The translations under genes and the position numbers were made by a program. From Octopus sinensis (taxonomy: Eukaryota), in contig NC_042999.1 in assembly GCF_006345805.1 (NCBI RefSeq), positions 158,286,001 through 158,350,000 on the forward strand: DNA of 64,000 bases. Reading direction: 5' to 3'. Shown here piece after piece: positions 24,346-38,130 of this stretch. Numbering within the stretch: position 1 is the stretch's first letter; each line of letters starts with the position of its first letter. Under the pieces are notes generated by a model. That model searched no databases, was not told the origin of the DNA, and saw nothing but the letters and a program-made list of their open reading frames with translations.

Positions 24346-27092
24346 ATACTAACTTATATCTTAACCATTGATGAATTTGACTGTCTTAGATCACGAAATT
24401 ACTTGATATCCGTTTATATCTCCCCGTTCTTATTAAGGCTGACTTCCTTTCATTCTTCCTCACATCCAAATTACTTTCCTTTGTCAATTAAAATGCTCGT
24501 ATTAATTTTCTCTTCTACTGGAAAATGTTGACGATATTGATTCTAGTTCTAATATCACTACATTTGCTTTCTTGCCGTCTAAAAAGAACATTCCTTTTCT
24601 GCATGTCCTTCTGTTTACCGCATTGATACACAGTCTTTAAAGCCTGTATGTATTTTATTATTTTGTCGGATGAAGGACGACCTATGCAGAACATCTGAGG
24701 TTGGTCAGAAGGAAGAATGCTGACGTTCAATATCAACTTTTTATGTTGATATTGGTAAGAAATAAACCACAGAGATTTCCAATTGGATATAGCTTCCAAA
24801 GTGTGACTCAAACAAATATTGGGTAGCAAAAACTAACGTGCCCTCTTGTTTAACATTACCCTGTAGCAAGATTTCTAGCCGAGGGCACAGATCCCTTCCT
24901 GACTTTCTTCCTCCAACGCTAACCGATTGAAGTTCAAAGAGTGAGGACTTGGGCCAAAAAATGTCATATACTATTCTTCATACTTCCAGACGAATTCATC
25001 AAATGAGCATGGCGAAAGAAAGAAAAGAAATATATGGGGTGAGATTTGGTGGAAGGCTATGTTAGCAAATGAATATGAGCAGCTGTTAGGAGATAAAGAT
25101 ATTGGCTTTTTGTGAATGTTACTGAAGCTTTTGCTCTTACTAAGGTTGCTAATATTGTCTCATGGTGAAAAAAGGTGTTTTAATATATTGTAAACATTTG
25201 TGGTGTGTAGTAATATATGTTGCATTCTGCTTCAGGAAATGTTCAATGATGTATCAATTCATCTTATCTGTTGTACAGTACATGTGTGTGGTATGTGTAT
25301 TTTACAAGGTGTTGTTCTTACTCGTTGGTTTGTTGATTTGCACCAGCATCGAATCTTAACTGGTTTCTTAAATACATGTAAAAAGTAAGCGAAATATTTT
25401 CTTGGTTGATCATACGCTTGTAATAATCAGCCGTCAAAGTACATTAGAATAGGGAATCCAAAATATAAACATAGAAAAACCTTAGTTGACAATACTGTCA
25501 TCCTATACAGAATTTTTATAAAGCAGGAAGCTTAGGTATAGAAGCTTTAACCACATGTATAATACACATACAATAACCTATGAGGTAACTTTAATAATTA
25601 AACAAATTTCCAATCTGGTGGTGATGATTGTATTAATTATAGTGTCATTCCCATGATCATTGTCTTGCCAAATCATGTACATGTGGCCACAACTTTAGAC
25701 CAAATTTATCATCTCCAAGTGAATAATACATATACTGATATCGTGAATAACCAGTGGGTTTCATGAAAATCCAGTGTACTCTCTTGAATCTGTATTAAAG
25801 TAAAATAGCCATCTATGTATCATATTTAACGTATATACATCGTCATCAAGCAAGATACAACTTTAATTGCGTACACCAGATTTTTATGCAGTCTGGCTAT
25901 CTTTATGTATAGCATCTGATAAATTTCTTCCCATAATGTGCGGTAGGTATATCCTTTCAATTTAGACAACACAGCAATTCTAACACCGAAGCCTTACTTT
26001 GGCATGTAGACTTGGCAATTCAACCACTGTAATGGTGCTTTTGTTTTTGCAAGAGAAAAGCTAATGGTAAATAAATCCGACCAATTTTGAATATGTCAGT
26101 TTCAAAGTGAAATGACACAGTTCCAGGTTATATAAATAACATTTTGTTTTGATGAATGCATTACTTGCAAATATTAACTATTATGTAATTCTATCTCGGA
26201 AGATATAATGTTACATAACATTTTGCTATCGCTGTGTCATATTCAATGTTCCTCTTTCTATGCAAGCTTAAATTTAATGTTTTACATAAAATTCAGGCAA
26301 GAAAATTCTGTATTCTCAGTAACTGAGGCATCAAATGCAATACTTGCCTACCTTGTACACATACAGCCCACTCAAATATATATCTTATTGACTTTGAATG
26401 ACTGTGTCTGCATAATTCAAGGTAAATGTATGTTTCTACGCTCTCATATATTATTCCATATGTCTGTAAGAATGCATGATGCATGGTTTCTGTTGAACTT
26501 TTCATAAGGCTAGTTCCGGCAGGCAAGTGAATGATATATCTTAGGCTTAGTGTAAAACTCTCAACAATCTCCCATTCTGAAAATTTCAGTAGAACGAGGA
26601 CCAATTTACTGCTCTGACACTAGCAAAATTCAAAGTCAGGTTTTAAAAGCTCAAGAAATCCATACAGACGTATGTAAACAAGTACGATATGAATAGCTTC
26701 TGGGATGCGATAAAACACTCTATGAGTTCTTGAATTATTTCATGATTACAAGTCATTTTACCTGATGGTACATCTCTAATGAAAAATACAACTGGCAATA
26801 AAGGATCGATGAAACCAACTCCTTGAGGACTGAATACAGTTGGCAGCGTAGAAGTTTGTAAAATGCCATCATCCACGACTTTAAGGCTTACCGATATTTG
26901 TCGAAGTTACTAGTGGGACTAAAATACGGAAAAATAGAGACAACAGATATTTTTGAGTAGAGATATTCAAGCATGGTTACCTCTTTCTCTCTCATTTGCT
27001 CCACAAAAATATACATACATTATTATATATGTGTATGTGTTTATATATGTATATACATACACACAGGAATGTATGTTCATACGTAAACACAA

Positions 27093-27152
<60 letters not shown>

Positions 27153-27166
27153 ATATATATATATAT

Positions 27167-28502
<1,336 letters not shown>

Positions 28503-28717
28503 ATATATATATATATATATATAAAACTTACTTGGAAATGGATGCGTGGCGTGTAATAAAATAATAATGTAAATACCGTAAAAGAAAGAAGTTTACATGA
28601 GGAAAGGAATGATGGACGATGCTTCCTCCCAACTCTCTGTTTCTCACCCTTCCGTTTCTTTTATCTCTCCTAACTAACTACCCTTAGTTCATCTCAGCGA
28701 GTTGTACTGGCCTCAGC

Positions 28718-28773
<56 letters not shown>

Positions 28774-28774
<1 letters not shown>

Positions 28775-29033
28775 ACAATTGCAGCGTAGAAGGTGTTTAT
28801 AAGCCATTTAAGAAACACACAAAAGCCGTTCGATTCACTTCAACATTTAAGTTTAATTTATCAAAATATTTTCGTCGCTAAAATCCGCGACCTGTTCACT
28901 GACAAAAATCCGTGCTGCATCGAACGGCTTTTGTGTGTTTCTTAAATGGCTTATAACACCTTCCACGCTGCAATTGTTTTCGTTTCAGCACACGATCTCA
29001 GATCAAATTACTTGCTATGCGAGTACATCTCCG

Positions 29034-29040
<7 letters not shown>
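28774..29040. mobile_element. PLE-like pseudo-LTR with inverted partial duplication (~60-bp arms 28774-28834 / 28919-28978)
   Basis: Arms differ by 1 indel and 1 mismatch; bounded by (TA)n on both sides; a hammerhead fold lies in the spacer. Confidence 0.7.
28857..28906 (-). ncRNA. Candidate minimal type-I hammerhead ribozyme with G3:C8 core and an extra G after A9
   Basis: Minus strand: TTTGTCA-GTGAACA-G-GTCGC-ggatttta-GCGAC-GAA-AATATT-T-TGATAAA. 7-bp stem I (one G.U), 5-bp stem II, palindromic stem III. Confidence 0.65.
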
Positions 29041-29123
<83 letters not shown>

Positions 29124-29814
29124 GTAATCCCAGCACCGCGATTATATATAAATATATAAATGTAATCCCAGCACCGACATGATTTCACATGTATCATCCC
29201 CACTATCATCATCACCTCTGTCACCGCCTAATCAACACCATAACAAACAACAAAACACCACCATGCGCCTACTTCATCTTTATACCTAGCGGCATTTTCC
29301 CTTTGATCTTTGACAAGTGGTTTACATGAAAATTTTGATTTGTCCAGTGGATGAAGTGATCTCCTTAACGCTTTTGATAACAATAACCATTTGATAACAT
29401 TACTCGTAAATATATAAGACGCCTCCTGTATCTATGTATCTCTCTCTTCACTCCCTCTCTCTCTTCAACCGCTCTATCTCTTCGCTCGCTCTCTCTCTCT
29501 GTCTATTACATTCATACACACACACACTTATACACACATACACGCACAGACACATATATGTATTAATGTATATATACATACACGCTTTTACTTTCTCAAG
29601 TTATTGAATTGTAACCATACTGGCGCACCAACTTGAATGCTATTATACAATCAAATCGACACGAGTAGTTATTTTTCGCTATCTGGTACTTATTAAGTAA
29701 GTCAATGTCTTAAAATTGTTTCTTTTTCTTTTTGCCTCAACGCTAATTTATGAGGACGTAGACAAACCAGTACTGGATGTGCAGTTGTCAGGCACAAATA
29801 TAAACAAGCGCACC

Positions 29815-30331
29815 CATACATACATACATACATACATACATACATACATACATACATACATACATACATACATACATGTATGCATACATACATACATACA
29901 TGCATGCATGCATACATAAATGCATACATAAATGCATACATACATTCACACATACATACATAACATACATACATACATATATACATGCATACATAAATGC
30001 ATACATACATACATACATACATACATGCATGCATGCATACATACATACATACATGCACGCATACATACATACATGCATACATTCATGTATACATACATAC
30101 ATACATACATACATGCATGAATGCATGCACACATTCATACATACATGCACGCATACATACATACATACATGGATACATACATGCATGCATACATATAAAC
30201 AATATATACATACATACATACATACATGCATGCATGCACACATACAAACTCTCACACATACATGCATACATACACACACGCATACATGCATACATGCATA
30301 CATACATACATACATACATACATACATACAT
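29815..30331. repeat. (CATA)n degenerate array
   Basis: Direct reading. Confidence 0.95.
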
Positions 30332-31420
30332 GCCGTTGACTGTCGTATCATATGCCTTCGGTAACATCTTTTAACCACCTTCGACAACGTCGTTTAACCA
30401 CCAAGTGCATCCCTTGACCAAGCTTTGCATATAGGAGGCTGATAACATCATAAGACTTGGAAGGCAGCTCCTTGAGCAACATTCTTTGTCTGATAACCTT
30501 AAATACATTCCCAAAAATGTCGCACGACTCTACTGCAATGTATCCTTAGATGAAAGGATGAGCATGTATCAGCAGAAGACCACGCACCGATATGTTAGTA
30601 GAAAACTCAGAGGTGATAGTAACATTGATCCTCAAAGCAGTCTATCATGAACCAACAACCGGATTACTACCTCTTACTTTGAAGAGTATGCGTTTGCAAT
30701 CCAGGAACAAGAAATATCAACCAAATACCTAATGCACAAAAGAGAAAGAGATGCATGAAAAGCAGTAAAATGCGACAACCAATGTAGACTTTGTGGTGTT
30801 AACACCGAAGATATGACCCACATTATAGGCAGATGCCCGAAAATGCCACCACGGTATTATCTACCGATGAGAGGTGATGTTGTAGCTAGGACACTGTATA
30901 ACGAGATGCGTCGAAAGATAGCCATGCGGAAAAAGAAATAAGAACCCACAGTATGGTGAAAGCCATAGCCACTCATATACTGGTGGAAAGTCTCAGTGAA
31001 AACCGCAACAAAATGTAAACACAATAGACCTGATATAATGATTTGAGACAGAGAAGAGAAATCGGGTACAGTTGTGGAAATCAGCTGCCCAGGGTATGTT
31101 AACATAAGAAGATTAGTGAAAAAGAGAATACTTACGCTGAACTATTGCGAAATGTGCAGTTACTCTATCCAGATTACAAGTTCATGTTTATACCTGTAAT
31201 TATTGGGGTACTTGGTTATGTAACACACTGCCTAAAAACCAATTTTGAGAAATTAGGCTACTCAAAACTAGAAAGGAAAAAATAATTCGAAGACTACAGA
31301 TCCAATCCATTACTGGAACTGTGAAAATCTGTAAAACTTTCCAGAAGTTTAGTATTTAAGTATATATGAGCATGTCTAGATATGCAACTATATGCATGAG
31401 AATACAAAAAACAAAACATA
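30332..31420 (+). mobile_element. Decayed REL-type non-LTR element, family R4-C, flanked by (CATA)n
   Basis: FAIQEQEI, CRLCGVNTEDMTHIIGRC (30783-30836), HNRPDIMI, GTVKICKTF* (stop ~31359); many stops and frameshifts. Confidence 0.85.
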
Positions 31421-31434
31421 CAAATCTGCACGTA

Positions 31435-31598
31435 TACATACATACATACATTCATACATACATACATACATACATACATACATACATACATACATACATA
31501 CATACATACATACATACACACATGCATACGTACATACATACATACATACACACACACATACACACATGCATACGTACGGACGTACGTACATACATGCA

Positions 31599-31631
<33 letters not shown>

Positions 31632-31655
31632 GCATACACACATGCATACGTACAT
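31435..31655. repeat. (CATA)n tail array
   Basis: Direct reading. Confidence 0.95.
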
Positions 31656-32568
31656 ACAAAAATATTCTGTTGTTTATGTTGAAACTCCAACGGAGAAGCC
31701 TCGGATCTAGGTTAGACACCGGTTTTTTCCTGTATTGGCAAAAAATCTTGAAATAAAACTGAATAATGACATATATACATACATACATGCATGAAAAAAT
31801 AACATTTTTAGCTGATATAGGAATGGCATTTGGCCAGAAGAGATGTTCTTATTTGATTGTTGAACGGGGACAATCAGTGTCTCAGACACAAAACCTGTTC
31901 ATCAATGGTCCAACTATCTCTCCTGTCTCGCACAAAGAATGCTACAAGTAGCTTGGCATTGATGAAAATATATATATCATACCAAAATACTGTGAATAAA
32001 GATAGAGTTACTCAAGAATATTGCAGAAAAATATGGTAATTCGAAGTCTCCTCTTACAGCAAAGCAATATCCCACAATGTATTTGCAGTGCCAGTTCTTA
32101 CTCCAGTATTTTGATACTTGACTGATATGTAGACGAAATCCACTCCAAATACATTAAAACCTGCAAAATTCGAACATCAACTGGAAGCCTCCACAAAACT
32201 AGCAGTATCAACAGGTTCTAGTTAAGAAGAGATAAAGGAGGTAGGGGCTTGCGATCGGTGCAGACAGCCTTCAAATGTCACGTAGTCTCTCCTCAAAACA
32301 CTTGCTAAACAACTGCAACAAAAATAAACAAGTTAACTTAGTACTGAAAACTGAAGAAAACAATATCCTACGTGTTGAAAATGAGATCCTCAGCTAATAC
32401 TCTTTTCCTGGTCCTGATGACCTCCCATACAACCCCAGATTTGTCGGATAGCAAAGAAGGCCTGAAAGTGAAACGCTCAACATACTAGGAAGAGACCATG
32501 TATGGGTGTGTTTCTTGTAGACTTAAAAAAGATAGTAACATTGGTATGAAGCGAAGCCTCTCCTGAAT

Positions 32569-32811
32569 CCGTGGCCACCCAAAAATTTTATATGAACCCT
32601 CAGGTTAAGAACCCCAGCTGTAGATCAATAATATTCATTTCCTTATTCGGATTGCACAAATAGAGATGAACCTGACTATTTTAACGTTTCTAAGTGCTTC
32701 ATCTCATATTTGTGATCATTTTTCTGACAACATAGGTGCAGGGGTAGCTGTGTGGGAAGAAGATTCCTTCCCACCCACATGGTTCCGGATTCAGTCCCAA
32801 TGCGTGGCACT
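32569..32811 (+). other. Templated insertion copied from 34417-34651
   Basis: Near-identical to 34417-34651, spanning the MITE end, its TSD, unique flank and a SINE B head. Confidence 0.88.
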
Positions 32812-33053
32812 ACGTCACATCACACTTCGAAGGCTATGCATTTGAAATCCAAGAACAGGAGATTGCTAATAAATACTTAATAAACAGAAGAGATAATGAA
32901 GCCCTCGGAATTTCAAGATTCAACTGTACATGTAGATTATGTCATAGTTCTATGGAAGGCATCCCACATGTGATTAGCAGCCGCTCCAAAATATCATCAA
33001 AGTATTACCTCCTTATACGACATAACATTGTCGCAAAAACAATATACAATACC

Positions 33054-33286
33054 TATTTCTTTACTACCCACAAGGGGCTAAACACAGAGGGGACAAATAA
33101 GGAGAGACAAACGGATATATCGACTATATCGACTCCAGTGCGTAACTGGTACTTAATTTATCGACCCCGAAAGGGTGGAAGGCAAAGTCGACCTCGTTGG
33201 AATTTGAACTCAGAACGTAACGGCAGACGAAATACTGCTAAGCACTTCGCTCGGCGTGCTAACGTTTCTGCCAGCTCGCCGCCTTT
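33054..33286 (-). mobile_element. SINE family C monomer with 15-bp TSD
   Basis: TSD ACAATATACAATACC at 33039-33053 and 33287-33301. Confidence 0.92.
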
Positions 33287-34166
33287 ACAATATACAATAC
33301 CACTCGGAAAAAAAGACTGCCTTGGAATAATTATAGAGGATCCCTCTGTTATTGAATACATACACAAATACCAGCACAAGGAATACTGGTGGAACGTTCC
33401 CATGAAATCATCTGTCAAGTGTAAGCATAATAAGCTGGATATTGTAGTTTGGGACAGAAAAGAAGAAGTATGTACCGTCATAAGGGTCAGCTGTCCTGAT
33501 GATGTGAATGTCTCTTTGAAAATCAAAGACAAAGAAAATAACTACGGACAATTGCTTTGAAATATCCAGCTTCTATATCCAGGTTACAAATTTGCATTTA
33601 TACCAATAATAATTTGAGCTCTTGGTTTTGTAAGTAAATGCCTGTCAGTCTAGATAAGATTGGATTTTTAGAAAAATAAATCAACCACATTACAAATAAA
33701 ATCTGTAAGCGAAACAGTAAAAATATGCGAGATTTTTCTCGTATTTTAGATGTAACATTGTTTTCGTTATCTACATTTCAAAGATGGAGCTTTGTTTTTT
33801 TTTTTTAGAAACCAGCTCCTTTTTCAGAGGAAGAATTGAAATGATTAAATACAGAAGAGACATACATACACGGTCACTCACGCACATGTATTATTGTACG
33901 ATGAGCTTTACTAGCTTCAGCTCTACATATACTAAAATTGGAACGCACAGTTTCACCCAACCAAATTCACTTATAATACATTCGTTATCCACACTTTCCC
34001 GGTCGCAATAGAATACGTCGAAGCTGCTGCGCAGTAGGATTGGATCCGAAACTATGTGATTGTGAAGGGAACTCATTAAGCAAATGGTCATTCGTGAATT
34101 TAGGTTGATTAAGGACATGAAGTATGTGTTAGTTTAGACTCAATTCGAAAAACAGACCCTGTAGAT

Positions 34167-34457
34167 CATCTTTTACCTGTGGACCCCTTTAATTCCTGTT
34201 TTACTTTGGTGGACCCCCAGAGCCATTCGATGTTGAGAAAATTTTATTGTATTTTAATAATTAAATATTATCAGGATTTGTATAAAAATTGTTATAAAAG
34301 TTTGTGAATTAGGGGCGTATAACCAGTTTATTGCACATAAACGTTACTACTCTGAAGCATAAACTTTTCATAGCCTCTGAAAAATAACTGTAGACATCCA
34401 ATTTACTATATTTAACCCGTGGACACCCAAAAATTTTATATGAATTAAGACCCCCAG
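34167..34457. mobile_element. hAT (Charlie-like) MITE remnant
   Basis: 8-bp TSD CTGTAGAT (central TA) at 34159-34166 and 34458-34465; starts CA; repeated GTGGACCCC subterminal motifs; left TIR mostly lost. Confidence 0.65.
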
Positions 34458-34573
34458 CTGTAGATCAATAATATTCGTATCCTTATTCGGATTGCACAAA
34501 AAGAGATGAACCCGACTATTTTAACGTTTCCAAGTGCTTCATCTCATATTTGTGATCATTTTTCTGACAACAT

Positions 34574-34690
34574 AGTTGCAGGGGTAGCTGTGTGGGAAGA
34601 AGTTTCCTTCCCACCCACATGGTTCCGTATTCAGTCCCAATGCGTGGCACTTTGGGCAAGTGTCTTCTGTTATAGCCTCGGACCGACCCT
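34574..34690 (+). mobile_element. SINE family B 5' half
   Basis: Head plus TTGGGCAAGTGTCTTCT core. Confidence 0.8.
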
Positions 34691-34793
34691 ATAGTCGAAA
34701 CATAGGTATTCCAGTTCATTACAGAAAAAATATAACAGAAAAGTCTAATTCTTCAATTGCATGTAACACGGGCAACACCGGGTATCTCTGCTA

Positions 34794-34794
<1 letters not shown>
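34690..34794 (+). mobile_element. Helitron 3' end (second family)
   Basis: CACGGGCAACACCGGGTATCTCTG-CTAG|T; the 5' boundary is uncertain. Confidence 0.55.
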
Positions 34795-34840
<46 letters not shown>

Positions 34841-34841
<1 letters not shown>

Positions 34842-35056
34842 CAATATGTAAAGGTAAAATCCAAGGATCAAGCTGTATGAAGTCGGTAAGCTTCGAGCAG
34901 TTCGTAGAAGATATAAAAAAACAACTTTCAGGAACAACAGTGGTTTATTGACGTGGAAGGTTGTAAATTTCTGCCATATCGAAGTTCGGTAAGCTGAAAA
35001 AGTTATTTTATAGATCACGGTTAGCAGCAAGGGCTGCTGCGTATGTGAACATATAT

Positions 35057-35130
<74 letters not shown>

Positions 35131-35612
35131 TGGTAAAAACGGTAAGATAACGGTACCAAGATAAAGCTCTGAGTTTCGGATGCCGATGGGAAATCCACAT
35201 CACCATCTCTTCGGTTAACTGGCCATATGAAAAACGCTATGAAAAAAGACCGTTATACAAAGGGAAATTACTGTTATAGACCGCTACTTATACAATAGCG
35301 CTAATTCGAATGACCGCTAATTAAGATAAGGTTAAAAGTTCATAGTAAACACGTAAGCGTGCCTGTTCATACGTACACCAAGGCTAAGCCACAGACCTAT
35401 AACGAAATTAACAAAGAAGCTAGCGTTATCGCCTCTAGACTTAAATTAGATAAAAAAAAAATATGGGTCCTTCCCCCAAAAGAGGCCTTTATTACAATCA
35501 AAGACCACAAAGACAACTTCCTATCCAACCCTAAATGTAGGCTTATTAACCCAGCTAAGTCAGAACTTGGGATTATTAGTAAAGAAATTTTAGGAAAAAT
35601 AAATGCGAAAAT
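34841..35612. mobile_element. Penelope-like element fragments: (TA)n-bounded terminal repeats plus RT N-terminal piece (+, ~35370-35610)
   Basis: TYNEINKEASVIASRLKLD..PPKEAFITIKDHKDNFLSNPKCRLINPAKSELGIISKEILGKIN, which I recognise as a PLE RT N-terminal motif block. Confidence 0.75.
35161..35218 (-). ncRNA. Degenerate hammerhead-like fold (CCGAAGA core)
   Basis: Minus strand: TTAA-CCGAAGA-GATGG...CATCC-GAA-ACTCAGAGC-T-TTAT. Stem II register is imperfect and U16.1 reads C. Confidence 0.4.
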
Positions 35613-35680
35613 TATAATTATAATTACAATTATAATGAGGAGAAGAAAAAGAAGAACAACACACAGCAACAAAAACAAGA

Positions 35681-35740
<60 letters not shown>

Positions 35741-36233
35741 GGTGGAATGTAGAGTGACTGATCTTTAGGCCTGTACTTATAACGTGTGTTTGTGTATGTG
35801 TGTGTATGTATGCATATGCTCTTCACAGAAAAGACAAGTTTGAACCAAGTAATTGTTGCGTTCATTTTACATTTATGTATAAGCTATTGGTATGCTGCAT
35901 TCGTTGTAATTGTCTTTAAAGTCATTCACTTGTATAGTGTTATTTTGATTATACAAGGAAAGATAGATTTATAACATCTTCTGGGTTGTTAGTACTGAAA
36001 TTCTCATGTCGAGAATTTTCCATAAAATTTATCTATGTATACTAAGATAGTTGTGGAAAACTAATTTCGTGCGTGTGTGCATGTGTGTGAGTGTGTGCGT
36101 GTCTGTGTGTGCTCGCATGTATGAGTACATATACATGCTCACACACACATACACACATATGTATAATGCGAGTTAGAATAACAGTAAAACAGTAAAACAA
36201 GTTTGGTGATCCTCATATTCAAGATGTCCACAC

Positions 36234-36410
36234 GAGTGGCTGTGTGATAAGTAGCTTGCTTACCAACCACATGGTTCCGGATTCAGTCCCACTGCGTGGT
36301 ACCTAGGGCAAGTGTCTTCTACTAAAGCCTCGGGCCGACCAAAGTCTTGTGGGTGGATTTGGTAGACGGAAACTGAAAGAAGCCCGTCGTATATGTATGT
36401 ATATATATAT

Positions 36411-36444
<34 letters not shown>

Positions 36445-36876
36445 CATACACACAAATAGAGATAGGGGTTGTCAATGCAACCCTCCATGGGATAACATAT
36501 ATCCAATATACTGCTAGTGAAGTACCCAACAAAGTTAATACATAAATGTTAAGGATTGCGTTGCAATTACTAATACAAGATAAGAAAATGGAGAAATACA
36601 TCTAAATCAAATATCAATTACCAGATAATACTCAATCACATACTTTATTAAACCACCACATATTTATATTCTTTTTTTTTTATATATTCTATTTATTATA
36701 CAACATTACTCTTTTATGTACACTTTTTTATGTACATTCCTTTATGTACACTGATTTGTTCTGCCTTTTTATGTTTAACCCTACAGTCTCTTATGTGGTG
36801 GTTTAATAAAGTATGTGATTGAGTATTATCTGGTAATTGATATTTGATTTAGATGTATTTCTCCATTTTCTCATCT

Positions 36877-36953
<77 letters not shown>

Positions 36954-37190
36954 TGTGTGTGTGTGTATGTGTTTGCCTATCTGTGTTTGTTCCCCAACAT
37001 CGCTTGACAACCGATGCTGTTGTGTTTACGTCCCCGTAACTTAGCGATTCGGCAAAAGAGACCGATAGAATAAGTACTAGGCTTACAAAGAATAAGTCCT
37101 GGGGTCGATTTGTTCGACTAAAGGCGGTGCTCCAGCGTGGCCACAGGCAAATGACTGAAACAAATAAAAGTGTAAAAGAGTAATGAAAAG
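36234..37190 (+). mobile_element. SINE family B split by a PLE-like insert in its internal (TA)n
   Basis: Head 36234-36445, tail 36960-37190; insert 36455-36880. Confidence 0.85.
36574..36880. repeat. 89-bp inverted repeat (36574-36662 / 36792-36880), PLE pseudo-LTR-like
   Basis: One mismatch seen; 129-bp spacer; arm homologous to 28415-28502. Confidence 0.88.
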
Positions 37191-37216
37191 TTTAAGATAT
37201 GTGAAGATAGACTAGA

Positions 37217-38130
37217 GTATAATATAAGTATATAATATATAAGTATATAAGTATAATATAAGTATAATATAATATAAGTATATAATATATAAGTATAATA
37301 TAAGTATAATATAATATAAGTATATAATATATAAGTATATAAGTATAATATAAGTATAATATAATATAAGTATAATATAATATAAGTATAATATAATATA
37401 AGTATAATATAATATAATATAATATATATAAGTATAATATAATATAAGTATAATATAATATAATAAATATAATATAAGTATAATATAATATAAGTATAAT
37501 ATAATAATATAATATAATATAATATAATATAATATAATATAATATAATATAATATAATATAATATAAGTATAATATAATATAAGTATAATATAATATAAG
37601 TATATATAATATAAGTATAATAATATAATATAATATAATATAATATAATATAATATAATATAAGTATATAATATAAGTATAATATAATATAATATAATAT
37701 AATATAATATAATATAATATAATATAAGTATAATATAAGTATATAATATAAGTATAATATAAATAATATAATATAATATAATATAATATAATATAATGTA
37801 ATATAATATAATATAATATATATAATATAATATAATATAATATAATATAAGTATATAATATAAGTATAATATAATATAATATAATATAATATAATATAAT
37901 ATAATATAATATAAGTATAATATAAGTATATAATATAAGTATAATATAATATAATATAATATAATATAATATAATATAATATAATGTAATATAATATAAT
38001 ATAATATAATATAAGTATAATATAATATAATATAAGTATAATATAATATAATATAATATAATATAATATAATATAATATAATATAATATAAGTATAATAT
38101 AATATAATATAAGTATAATATAAGTATAAG
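37217..38130. repeat. (AATAT)n / (AAGTAT)n satellite, ~910 bp
   Basis: Direct reading. Confidence 0.95.

Larger units (their letters stand above)
31791..33755 (+). mobile_element. Second decayed R4-C copy, with nested insertions
   Basis: GMAFGQKRCSYL, ECYK*LGIDENI, FAVPVLTP, KGGRGL, HKLDIVVWD..CTVIRVSCPDD. Interrupted at 32569-32811 and 33054-33286. Confidence 0.8.

Noticed and set aside
29114-29176. 25-bp direct repeat ATATATAAATGTAATCCCAGCACCG x2
   Set aside because: Two copies at a TA-tract edge; simple slippage, not a CRISPR-like array.
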